Notes under the pieces: model-generated | What the model was told of the DNA's origin: nothing | Seen by the model: the letters and a program-made list of their open reading frames with translations, nothing else | The model's database searches: none | Assembly: GCA_963720465.1 (NCBI GenBank) | Contig: OY970393.1 | Span: 1,280,001 to 1,344,000, forward strand | Source of the DNA: Methanobacteriota archaeon | Lineage (GTDB): Archaea; Halobacteriota; Bog-38; Methanoflorentales; Methanoflorentaceae | Direction: 5' to 3' | DNA: 64,000 nt | Program-made: the position numbers and the translations under genes | Shown here: positions 1-9,054 of the stretch, in pieces | How the letters are laid out: each line of letters starts with the position of its first letter | Numbering within the stretch: position 1 is the stretch's first letter

Positions 1-575
1 AATCATAAGCCCCCCTTGACGCCAATGGGGTCGAGAATTCCGTTTATTTTTACCTCCGAAGCCGCAGCGCTCCTGAGAGATCGCCAGCAGCTTCAAGATG
101 ACCGCTCTTAAAAATAAGATCTTGGGCGATTATCTTGTTGGTCTCTTTCACTATCGCTTCGACTTTCTTGGGCGAGCCTTGGTGAACAGCTTTTGATTTA
201 TAGCGTTATTGACCCGAAATATTGTTGCCAAAGATGCTGGGCCCGCTCTCAAGCTCAGTTCAGTGCTTCCGTGTGCCCCCAATTGACTTTAAAGAAAGGC
301 TATGCGCTTTGTGTTTCGACAAGTTCAACGATCTGCTATCGAAGATGCTGGAACCTACCTCCCAGAATTCATGGGCCGATCCGCATTTGCACGATTACAG
401 AAAGTGAGGGAGTGAAACTGTGCCGCTTGCGATGTCCTTCTTCATACCTCTAAATTTCTGACGTGTCCATCGACGGTTGGGAGCCAAATGTAATCATCGC
501 AATGCCGGTTGCGATTTTCAAGTGCTTAAGGACACCGAGTGCGGATTTACCCAGAAATCACCTTCGCGATTTTGC

Positions 576-1412
576 CTACCTTTTGTGCAAATCCACGTAT
601 ATCATATCTTCCGCAAGTTTCCAGAGCCGCTCCTGAACTGACTGATCGTATGTTAGTGCTGATGAACGAATTGGTTTCTGATCTTCGAAATATTGGCCTG
701 ATACCCCATTAACTTCAGGATTTAATGCGAGATACAATGAGGTTCGTGCCCCGTCCTCTACAGATATTCCGGGGTAACCGGGGAATGCCATTTTGAGTAG
801 TTTTGTATTGGTAACGCCGGGGTGAAGGCAGTTCGCGGTCAGCCCGGTCCCTTTTATCTTGCGCGCCAGGGTGTAGGTAAACGTGATATCAGCGAACTTC
901 GAGAGGGCATAAGAGTTCCACGCTTCATAGTGCCTCTCCCCTTGGAGGTTGTCCCAGTCAATAGAGCGGACATCCTCATGGGCACTGGAAGCAACTGTGA
1001 CAATGCGGGAGGGTGCGCTTTTCAAAAGCAAGGGCAGAAGCAGACTGGTGAGAAGAAAAGGGGCGAGATAATTTACGGCAAAGGTCATCTCCACCCCGTA
1101 TGGCGTCAGCCGTCGTGTCTTCTCAAAGACGCCGGCATTGTTGATCAGCACGTCAAGCCGGGAATGGCGTGAGATGATATCCGCTGCCATTTTTTTTATC
1201 TGGTCCGGGTCTGATAGATCCGCGATAAGGAGATCCGGTTTCTCCTTGCCTGTCTTCTCTTTCAGTTCGTTCTGTACTTTCTGCCCCTTCTTTGAATTCC
1301 TGCTGTGAATGGTCACTTCAGCACCGCGGGAAAGGAGTTCAGCGGCTGTCGCCTTCCCGATACCGTCCGTAGAGCCAGTGACGAAAACAATTGGGCGTGC
1401 GATAGGGGGCAT
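576..1412 (-). CDS. Short-chain dehydrogenase/reductase (retinol dehydrogenase-like)
   Basis: TGSTDGIG nucleotide-binding motif, NNAG, YALSK catalytic YxxxK, LHPG; likely start ATG 1412 (MPPIARP). Confidence 0.9.
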   Translation of the reverse strand: MPPIARPIVFVTGSTDGIGKATAAELLSRGAEVTIHSRNSKKGQKVQNELKEKTGKEKPDLLIADLSDPDQIKKMAADIISRHSRLDVLINNAGVFEKTRRLTPYGVEMTFAVNYLAPFLLTSLLLPLLLKSAPSRIVTVASSAHEDVRSIDWDNLQGERHYEAWNSYALSKFADITFTYTLARKIKGTGLTANCLHPGVTNTKLLKMAFPGYPGISVEDGARTSLYLALNPEVNGVSGQYFEDQKPIRSSALTYDQSVQERLWKLAEDMIYVDLHKR

Positions 1413-1631
1413 ATTTCTGGAGGGGGGGATGAAACTTTCGGATATCGACGATTCGGCACATGCAGGTATTCTTTCACACAAATATTACTTCCTTGTACTA
1501 ATGTTGAACGCCTTCCTCAAAGCAGATCGTGATCCCCTATAAAGAACTAGCTGGTTTTTTAACGTAGAACAATTAACTTTCAAAGAGGTTTTCGCTTCTC
1601 TCAGGAAGCACAACATTAGGAGTTGCACTAG

Positions 1632-2252
1632 GATAAAGTCATCGCTATCAACAGAAGCGCGCGCAAGGACGGCAACACTGCCATCCTAATTCGACACATG
1701 CTCGAGGAACTCGAAAACGAAGGCATTGAGACCGAACTGGTTCAGCTTGCCGGCAAAACGATCCGCGGCTGCACAGCGTGCATGAAATGCTTTGAAAACA
1801 GAGACCGGCGGTGCGTCTTCGACGACGATATAGTCAACGAATACATCGAGAAGATGGCCGCGGCTGACGGGATCATACTGGGTTCTCCAGTCTATTTCTC
1901 CGATGTGACGGCGGAGATGAAGGCGCTCGTCGATCGGGCAGGGTTCGTGTCCTTCGCAAACGACGGGCTCTTCACGCGCATGGGGGGGTCTGCCGTAGTC
2001 GCGCAGTGGCGGACGGGCGCAACTCACTCACTCGATACGCTGTATCACTTCCTGTTCAGCTAGGACATTATCATTCCTGGTCGTCCGACGGTCGGTGTCG
2101 GGAGAGAGGTCGGCGATGTGGACACTGACGACGAAGGTATCGCCGCAGCAAAGAATGAGGGCAGAAACATGGCGTGGGTTCTCGAAGCCGTAACAGCGAT
2201 GAGTCGCACTCTCTCGCTCAAGGGTTCGCTAAGATGCTTTCGTCGAAGATAG
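1632..2252 (+). pseudogene. Iron-sulfur flavoprotein / flavodoxin-family FMN reductase, disrupted
   Basis: KVIAINRSARKDGNTAIL, CTACMKC-x7-C, ILGSPVYF; start codon damaged (GATAAA instead of ATGAAA at 1632); in-frame TAG 2061-2063, homology continues (DIIIPG..GREVGDVDTDDEGI..GRNMAWVL). Confidence 0.85.
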
Positions 2253-2398
2253 AAAGCTAGATGCGGTCAGAAAATGCCTCTAAAAACGCTAAATCCTGCG
2301 TCTGATATAGACGGAGGAAAAAAGAAGCGCTGCCTCAATAAGGATGCGACGCTAAAGAGGATCACGTCGTTGCTTTTAGCAGTTTTAGCAGTAAGTGT

Positions 2399-2959
2399 CT
2401 AAAAGATATCTGCCGTGATAGCTTGCGTCGACCCATGCAGTTTTACGTCGTTTTCGCGTAGATCACCCGCCAAGGTGCCATGTATCGACTCTTTCTGCCC
2501 GCCTTTTGCGTGTGCGCCAAGTTCGTTGGCAATTGGCCCAAGCGCCTTTGCCTTTGAGACGACGTTATGCATCGTTTCGGTGAACTTGATTCCCTCTGAT
2601 GCGGAAATCTGATCCCAGTAGAGCCGTTCGGGATTGATGCCGATTGCTTGTAAATAGGCTTTGAGATAGGTCACGCGCATATCGCACGTGTAGTTCCCTT
2701 TCAGGTAATGGCAGTCCCCGAAGTGACAGCCGAGCACCATGACCATATCGGCGCCGGAAAGGAACGCTTTGACAATGAACAGCGGGTTTATTCGTCCCGT
2801 GCACATCACGCGAATAACGCGCGCGTTCGGCGGGTACTGCATGCGCGCGGTGCCCGCCCCATCCGCGCCCGCGTAGGAGCACCAGTTGCAGCAGAAGGTC
2901 AAGATACTAGGTTCCCATTGCCTCTCGTCCATTTCCGTAGCGTCTTCAGCTTGGCTCAT
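2399..2959 (-). CDS. mvhD: MvhD/FlpD [2Fe-2S] Hdr-coupling subunit
   Basis: [37 protein letters not shown]; about 45 aa C-terminal extension. Confidence 0.95.
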   Translation of the reverse strand: MSQAEDATEMDERQWEPSILTFCCNWCSYAGADGAGTARMQYPPNARVIRVMCTGRINPLFIVKAFLSGADMVMVLGCHFGDCHYLKGNYTCDMRVTYLKAYLQAIGINPERLYWDQISASEGIKFTETMHNVVSKAKALGPIANELGAHAKGGQKESIHGTLAGDLRENDVKLHGSTQAITADIF

Positions 2960-4125
2960 GCTTTCACCTCGGCAATTTTGGACAGAGGTATCGCGTCAGT
3001 CACCGACTGTCCCGGCACATAGCCGAGCGTCCCTTGAACCGATGACTGCACCATATGGGTGATGGTAGCAAGCGGGATTCCCACCGCGCACACGTCTTGG
3101 CACTGACCACAGTTCACGCACGACGGACTCACGTGCATCAATCGCGTAAGGTGGAACATCGGGTCAGGCGGCACCGTGTCTTTCGGCACCACGAACTCTT
3201 GGTTCGTAAAGCACTCAACACACGAGCATATCGGGCACACATCGATACAGTCGCGACAGCCATTGCACTTATCAAACTGGGCAAAGAGTGTCTCAAACTT
3301 GTGTTCTCCGTCAAATTGGGCAAATTGCGTCGCCATGGCTTTGCGTGCCATCTTCACCATGATGCCGTCCAGCTTCTCGCGTAGGGCTATACCTTGCGGC
3401 GGTGCGTCTTTAAGCGTGATCGCGCCCGCTGCAATCGCTGTATCGAGGAGCTTTTGCCCCTTTTCCGTGCGCACTTCGACAAACGTGGCTTTTCCTGCGT
3501 CGTCACCGATGACGCCCCAGTTGCCGCACGCCAGATCGGCCATGCGCGGGATGTTATATTCGCACCGTTGGCAGTTCGTGCGACGGCCGTAGCCCTCGGC
3601 TTCCAAGTCATCGATGGAGAGCTCTTTGCGTTGGCCGTCCTTGGTTACGATGATAAGCTTTCCCTTATCGATCTCCTCTTTTACCACGTCCTCGGGATCA
3701 ATCTCGAAGAACTGTCGAATCATCTCACGCGCCCGCTCGGGTAACATCGTCCCGCCGCAGTTCACGCCGATCATATAGACGTTGTCGAGATCGATCTGAT
3801 TACGTTTGCTCAACTCGATAATGGCACGCGCGTCGCACGGCTTACACGTCACCGCAATGCGCAAATCACGCGCACCATTGAAATCATTCTTTATCAATTT
3901 CGCGCTCAGCGTTGGGGCGCAGTGCAAAGAGCCAGCAGCTTCCGTTATCTGCTCTTTGGTAGTCGCAAAATAAGGAGCACCATCATAGATGCTTTCTCCT
4001 CTTTTGATGACCAGGGCTCCGTCGACTAACTTCTGCTCCACCGCGGCTATGAGCACAGCGGTAATCACGCCGCCGCATTCTCCCTGTTCTTGTACTAGCT
4101 TATCTGTCGCTCTTCCGTAATACAT
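2956..4125 (-). CDS. fdhB: F420-dependent formate dehydrogenase beta subunit-like (FrhB/FdhB family)
   Basis: [42 protein letters not shown] plus two C-terminal CxxCxxCxxxC motifs. Confidence 0.9.
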   Translation of the reverse strand: MYYGRATDKLVQEQGECGGVITAVLIAAVEQKLVDGALVIKRGESIYDGAPYFATTKEQITEAAGSLHCAPTLSAKLIKNDFNGARDLRIAVTCKPCDARAIIELSKRNQIDLDNVYMIGVNCGGTMLPERAREMIRQFFEIDPEDVVKEEIDKGKLIIVTKDGQRKELSIDDLEAEGYGRRTNCQRCEYNIPRMADLACGNWGVIGDDAGKATFVEVRTEKGQKLLDTAIAAGAITLKDAPPQGIALREKLDGIMVKMARKAMATQFAQFDGEHKFETLFAQFDKCNGCRDCIDVCPICSCVECFTNQEFVVPKDTVPPDPMFHLTRLMHVSPSCVNCGQCQDVCAVGIPLATITHMVQSSVQGTLGYVPGQSVTDAIPLSKIAEVKA

Positions 4126-4148
4126 ATGAGTCGCCTAATTTAATCAGA

Positions 4149-4190
4149 AATTATATATAATAATATTTATATAATTAGATGCTTTAAAGC
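4149..4190 (-). promoter_or_regulatory. fdhB promoter with AT-rich inverted repeat (candidate operator)
   Basis: AATTATATA(4149-57)-N10-TATATAATT(4168-76); GCTTTAAAGC TATA-like palindrome 4181-4190. Confidence 0.45.
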
Positions 4191-4279
4191 TTTTCGATGC
4201 CAACGTATCGCACTATGAGCTTTTTACAAAAATTTAAAACGCGTAATAGTCAGAAGCGTTGGGAAGCGCTATGTTTTTT

Positions 4280-5272
4280 TCAAACCTTTTTCTCAACAGG
4301 CAGCACGGATTTGGACCCTACATTACTATGTGCGCGAGGCCATTGACTCTCGAAGAGCTGTGTGCTCAGGTATCGCTCGCCAGTATCGGGAAGTATTACC
4401 ACTATTAGCTTGCCGTTGTGTTCAGGTCTTGCGGCAACCTTCAAAGCAGCCCATGTCGCAGCGCCACTCGATATTCCCACCACCAATCCTTCCTCTTTGG
4501 CTAGTCTGCGAGATGTAGCGAACGCATCTTCATTAGTTACCGGTATGACCTCATCAATCAGATCTAGCCGCAGAATATCCGGAATAAAGCCTGCACCGAT
4601 TCCTTGTATCTTGTGAGGTCCCGGCTTTCCGCCCTCCAGAACAGGGGACGCGGCAGGCTCGACGGCAATAGCTTTAAAGCCGCTCTTGCGGGACTTTATC
4701 ATATCAGCAATGCCCGTGATCGTTCCGCCCGTGCCCACACCTGCCACTACTATGTCGACCTTGCCGTCCGTATCGCGCCATATTTCCTCGGCAGTAGTCT
4801 TCTTGTGAATCTCTGGATTGGAAGGATTCCTAAACTGTTGGAGCATGTAATAGCCGCTCGGGTTCTTGGCCAGCATATCTTCTGCAGTTGCGATTGCCCC
4901 TTTCATTCCCAAAGGGCCTGGAGTTAGCACCAAGTCCGCTCCGAGCGCTTTGAGAAGCTTGCGCCGTTCGATCGACATCGTCTCAGGCATAACCAGAACA
5001 AGCTTGTAGCACTTAGCAGCGCAGACGAAGGCCAGAGCTATGCCGGTATTTCCACTCGTCGGCTCGAGGATGATGGTGTCATCTTTAATACGCCCCGCTT
5101 TTTCAGCAGCCCCGATCATGGCCACTCCTATTCGGTCTTTAAGGCTTCCTAGGGGGTTGAAGTACTCAACCTTGGCAACGACGGTTGCATCCAGGCCCTT
5201 TGTAACTCTATTCAATCTGACTAGAGGCGTGTTGCCAATGGTCTCAGTGAGATCTTCGCAGATCTTTGCCAT
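4280..5272 (-). CDS. cysK: Cysteine synthase A
   Basis: IGNTPLV, KDR PLP-lysine region, [32 protein letters not shown]. Confidence 0.95.
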   Translation of the reverse strand: MAKICEDLTETIGNTPLVRLNRVTKGLDATVVAKVEYFNPLGSLKDRIGVAMIGAAEKAGRIKDDTIILEPTSGNTGIALAFVCAAKCYKLVLVMPETMSIERRKLLKALGADLVLTPGPLGMKGAIATAEDMLAKNPSGYYMLQQFRNPSNPEIHKKTTAEEIWRDTDGKVDIVVAGVGTGGTITGIADMIKSRKSGFKAIAVEPAASPVLEGGKPGPHKIQGIGAGFIPDILRLDLIDEVIPVTNEDAFATSRRLAKEEGLVVGISSGAATWAALKVAARPEHNGKLIVVILPDTGERYLSTQLFESQWPRAHSNVGSKSVLPVEKKV

Positions 5273-5480
5273 AAATTACCCTTTTTTGTGAATATGCAAG
5301 GAAGGATCGAGCAGGCTTTGCTTCTTGCTTGTATTCTCTCACCATTTGTTAAAAAGATAAACGTCCGTATGATCTTTCGGGAACGGAATGTGTCCCGACT
5401 AATCGAGCACTTCTTCAAAAATCTTTCGGCAGCCAGCTCACCCAAAATCGCTTTAAACGCACAATAGATTATGCAACAGC

Positions 5481-6158
5481 GTGAACGAATCCGGGAAAGG
5501 AAGTCCTGCGAAACTCTTCTGGGTCGTCATACTCCTGATTGTTCTTTACGCAGCACTTGACATCCTGGCCCAGAGCCTGCCGCCCTATTACAGCCCTGTA
5601 CGCCAGCCCGAAAGCGACTTTGCGGTCGGCACGTTCGGCTTTATTATGACCCTCAACTTCTTGAACCGAGGCGTACTTTCACTCGTGTTCATTTTCGCGT
5701 TTCTCGAAACGTTAGACCGTGCCGGGGTTTCAAGGTCGCATTTTCTGACCGGCATATATTTGCTCGCCGTGTGGGCAATTGGAGCGATATTGCTCGCACT
5801 ATTTCGGACCGACGTTCCGGCCACGCCTGTTTCGTGGCACGGTGCAATTCATCTTGTCGTTGCAGTGGTCGCATTCATTGGCGGTGCATTCGGAACCGTT
5901 GCCATTTCTCGAAACATAAGGCACTATCACGCGCTCGAAGGCTTGAACCACGTGGCGTTACCCACGGCTGTCTTTGTGATGATTTGTTTTGTAGCTCAGG
6001 TCGTTGTGCTTTTTGCACCTGCATTAAACGCACAAATCGGCGGGCTCATTGAACGGATATTTCTCGGTTCCGTCCTTCTCTGGATCGGGCTTGTTTCAGC
6101 ATATTGGGCGACGCACGTGCCAGTGCTAGATCTAGAGCCAGATCGACGAATAACGTGA
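5481..6158 (+). CDS. DUF998-like integral membrane protein
   Basis: Several hydrophobic segments; YSPVRQPESD, F.TD, HGAIH, GLIER pattern. Confidence 0.7.
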   Translation: MNESGKGSPAKLFWVVILLIVLYAALDILAQSLPPYYSPVRQPESDFAVGTFGFIMTLNFLNRGVLSLVFIFAFLETLDRAGVSRSHFLTGIYLLAVWAIGAILLALFRTDVPATPVSWHGAIHLVVAVVAFIGGAFGTVAISRNIRHYHALEGLNHVALPTAVFVMICFVAQVVVLFAPALNAQIGGLIERIFLGSVLLWIGLVSAYWATHVPVLDLEPDRRIT

Positions 6159-6252
6159 AGTGCTCACATTTTTCTGGCAGTAACAAGATACTCGCCCAGT
6201 CATTCGCGGACAATCGCAGCGGTTACGGCTGCAGCCTTAAGGTCTTTCATTT

Positions 6253-6543
6253 ATGTCAGCTATCAACGTTGATACCAACTTCTCTGCTGACGTCGCTTTG
6301 CCGAAAAGCGAGTTGCTGGAGATCCATCGAAGCAAAATCGGGCTGTATCGCTCGAAAGCAGGATACAACTATCCTACGATTCGGCTGCCTCACAAACTCC
6401 ACAAGCTCGCAGGGTTGCCAGTTAGAACCTACCAGGCTGTTCACGAAGGGGCGCTAGCCTTTCTGTCGTCATCTCGTCCACACAAGATGTCTCAAAAAGT
6501 TCCGAATCCCCCGTCTTCACACGGCGTTAATTTAGACGATTAA
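6253..6543 (+). CDS. Small hypothetical protein (YPTIRLP motif), possibly 3'-truncated
   Basis: 96-aa ATG ORF; beta-rich basic segment reminiscent of AbrB-like DNA-binding proteins. Confidence 0.45.
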   Translation: MSAINVDTNFSADVALPKSELLEIHRSKIGLYRSKAGYNYPTIRLPHKLHKLAGLPVRTYQAVHEGALAFLSSSRPHKMSQKVPNPPSSHGVNLDD

Positions 6544-7040
6544 AACTCTCTGGAACTCCCTGCTGACTGAGGGTCATTAGGGATGTTATTTCTAATAGCG
6601 ATCTATCCCGTGCCTTTCAGTATTCTGAAGCATTTCGGACATCCATGATAATTTGATTCTAATTAGTAACTATCTTATCATACGCCTTTTTCTGACGAAA
6701 AATGAATCGGCTTGACAGCGTAATGCGGCCGCTCTTTTGCGGCGTGATCGCTCGAAAAACAAGGGAGTTATCAGAACTACCTTAACGTGTGCGTCGCACC
6801 TTTTCACATTGAGATAAAAACCGTCTAAACGGTCGGCATCTTCCCTTCTTTTTTTCATAATCCTAGCTGATAACACGATGATATTGAATAATCGTAACAC
6901 TTTAGCCGCTTTCGCCCACTGACCGCGACCTGGAAAATCACGGAGAAGATCTCGTTTCGTTTAAGCCCATTTAACCTGCCTTTTACCGGCAGTTTTTCAA
7001 AGATTGCGCACCTTGCGCAATTCCGACAAAAACAGAAGCG

Positions 7041-7853
7041 CTAAGTTATTTCCCCGTTTATTGAAATCGTGTAATCTTTTATTATTATGTTCTTTTGGGC
7101 TTTTTCAAGGGCCTTTTGGACCATCATCTCAATACCTGAGCAGCACGGAACTTCCATATGCACGATGGAAATCGATTTTATTTCGTGTTTCTTGAAGATT
7201 TCAGATAATTTATCCAGGTATTCCTCTATTGTCCTATCTAGTTTGGGGCAGAGAATTATCAAAACCTTACTCTTTAAGAATCGCTGATGGAAATTAGCGT
7301 AGGCAAATGGGGCGCAATCGGCCGCCAACAAAAGATCAGCGCTTTTCAGGTAAGGTGCGTTGGGGTTTAAAAGCTGTAACTCTATGGGCCAGTTTCAGAG
7401 TTCTGAAGTTGATATCACCTTTTCATGAGGCTGGTTGTCAGATTTACGTAAATCCAGCGTCATTGAACCGGGACAACCGCAGGCCATTGGTTCTTCTTCA
7501 TAATCCGGAATTTCAATGTTGTTTTCCTTTAGAAAATCAAGGGCTTCATTTAAAAGATCCTCTTGGCCATGCCCTTTAAGATGTCTCAGGTGGGCTTTTA
7601 TGACATTAGGTCCTGCTTTTGCGATATTGCCCATAACCGTGTGTTCATCATAGGGTTCGGCTTCTCTTGTTTCAATCTCTATAGCGCCCTCCGGGCAATC
7701 TCCAATGCAAGCCCCTAAACCATCACAGAATAAATCACTGACAACTCTGGCCTTCCCATCAATTAATTGTAAGGCACGTTCAGGACATCCAGTAACGCAA
7801 CTGCCACAACCAGTGCATTTCTCTTCATTAATTCGGATGATATCTCTTTTCAT
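7041..7853 (-). pseudogene. 4Fe-4S dicluster iron-sulfur protein split by an in-frame TGA
   Basis: CTGCGSCVTGC, CDGLGACIGDC, GCPGS, then SEL*NWPIELQL..ADLLLAADC..CPKLD..MEVPCC all in one frame; TGA at 7395-7397. Confidence 0.9.
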
Positions 7854-7875
7854 GATTATTCGCCCATATCCGGTT

Positions 7876-8092
7876 GATTTCCCTGCCGTCCTTTTTGGGA
7901 AGGCTCAAATCGAGGATAATGAGATCGGGACACGATGCGTCTTTATGTCTTGTCGCTGGTACAGGAAGTCCTTTGCCGCTTCGCGTCGGTCACAACATTG
8001 AATGTGTTGGTGACTTAGTAGTCTTTAAACGCCTCCCGCGTCATGCTCATGTCGACCGGATTATCTTTTGCGAGAAGAATTTCAAGCCGTTG
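7876..8092 (-). pseudogene. Response-regulator receiver domain relic
   Basis: EILLAKDNPVD..TREAFKDY*VTNTFNVVTD / EAAKDFLYQR / PDLIILDLSLPKKDGREI with a stop (8015-17) and frameshifts. Confidence 0.8.
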
Positions 8093-8177
8093 ATATTAAG
8101 TGAATTAGTCTTAGTCAGCATCTCTGCTTAGGCTACGCCATCGGCTTAGCTGCAAGGAAGGTCAGTGAATAACCGCG

Positions 8178-8573
8178 CTATTTCCACTCCCACACTTTTG
8201 TGGTTCCTGTGCCCTCTGCCTGATCATGGTCGCTTTCAAAGACCCCCACGACCGCATTCAAGCGTTTAAACGTTGCTGACCCTGTCTGAAAGAGTGCGAT
8301 TCCACGCTCGCTAAGCACCGGACCCGTGACACCGACAACGTATATAGTTTTGACAGTCACAAAGTCCCCGGCTGGCGTCATGATCAGGCCGCCGCCCTCC
8401 CCGCGGAGAGTTGAGCCTCCACCCGGCGTCGCCGTCCGCGTGGTAGTGAGGGTACATTCAATGCCCAAAAGGGTGCCTTTTCCTTGTACGGACAGCTCAA
8501 TGGTGCCGTTTTCATCGAGGACGTGCGTACCGATCGTTTTTTCCTGCGTTTCGAAAATAAGGTCACCTAACAT
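8178..8573 (-). CDS. Hypothetical beta-strand-rich protein
   Basis: 131-aa ORF, GAGGT RBS upstream; MLGDLIFE..LNAVVGVFE..KVWEWK resembles an uncharacterised family. Confidence 0.7.
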   Translation of the reverse strand: MLGDLIFETQEKTIGTHVLDENGTIELSVQGKGTLLGIECTLTTTRTATPGGGSTLRGEGGGLIMTPAGDFVTVKTIYVVGVTGPVLSERGIALFQTGSATFKRLNAVVGVFESDHDQAEGTGTTKVWEWK

Positions 8574-9054
8574 TTTGATTACCTCGTGAATTTATTCGCG
8601 TTACTGACTCAAGTTTGTGCAACAAAACCCTATACTCTAGGAAGAATCAGACCCTGCCTGTCCAACTATAGAGCGCCACTAAGTGACGAAAGTGGCGATG
8701 GTACGACTCCCCGTTTGTTTTGTCTGAGCCAGGGAAAGGCATTTTTCGATCGCAAATTCATTTCGTTCAAATGTAAGCTAGATCAGAGCCGTAATTTTTT
8801 GAACTGCTCACGCAGTCGACTGCGTAACGCCTTTCGCTTAGGCTCCGCGAGCTCTCTAATCCATTCTGTTCCAGGCTTGGCGCAGAAGAGTTCTGACTAA
8901 CGCAATAACGCTACGTGTCGGCACGCAAAACGCAGCTGTCTGCAAGATGTTCGAGCAAGAGCGCCCCAAGGTTCGAGTCCGTCACGGTTAAGCTGTGAGC
9001 ATGACTTCCCGCCACGAGAAGTGGTACGCACGAATCGAAAGGAGCTCGCGTGGA

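Noticed and set aside
193-453. Cys-rich short ORFs (CQRC, CALC) suggesting a zinc finger
   Set aside because: Motifs are in different frames with no recognisable family or RBS.
8810-8825. Perfect 16-bp palindrome ACGCAGTCGACTGCGT
   Set aside because: Single copy with no associated promoter or gene end; function unsupported.
8960-8990. GGTTCGAGTCC T-loop-like motif
   Set aside because: No acceptor, D or anticodon arms; not a tRNA.
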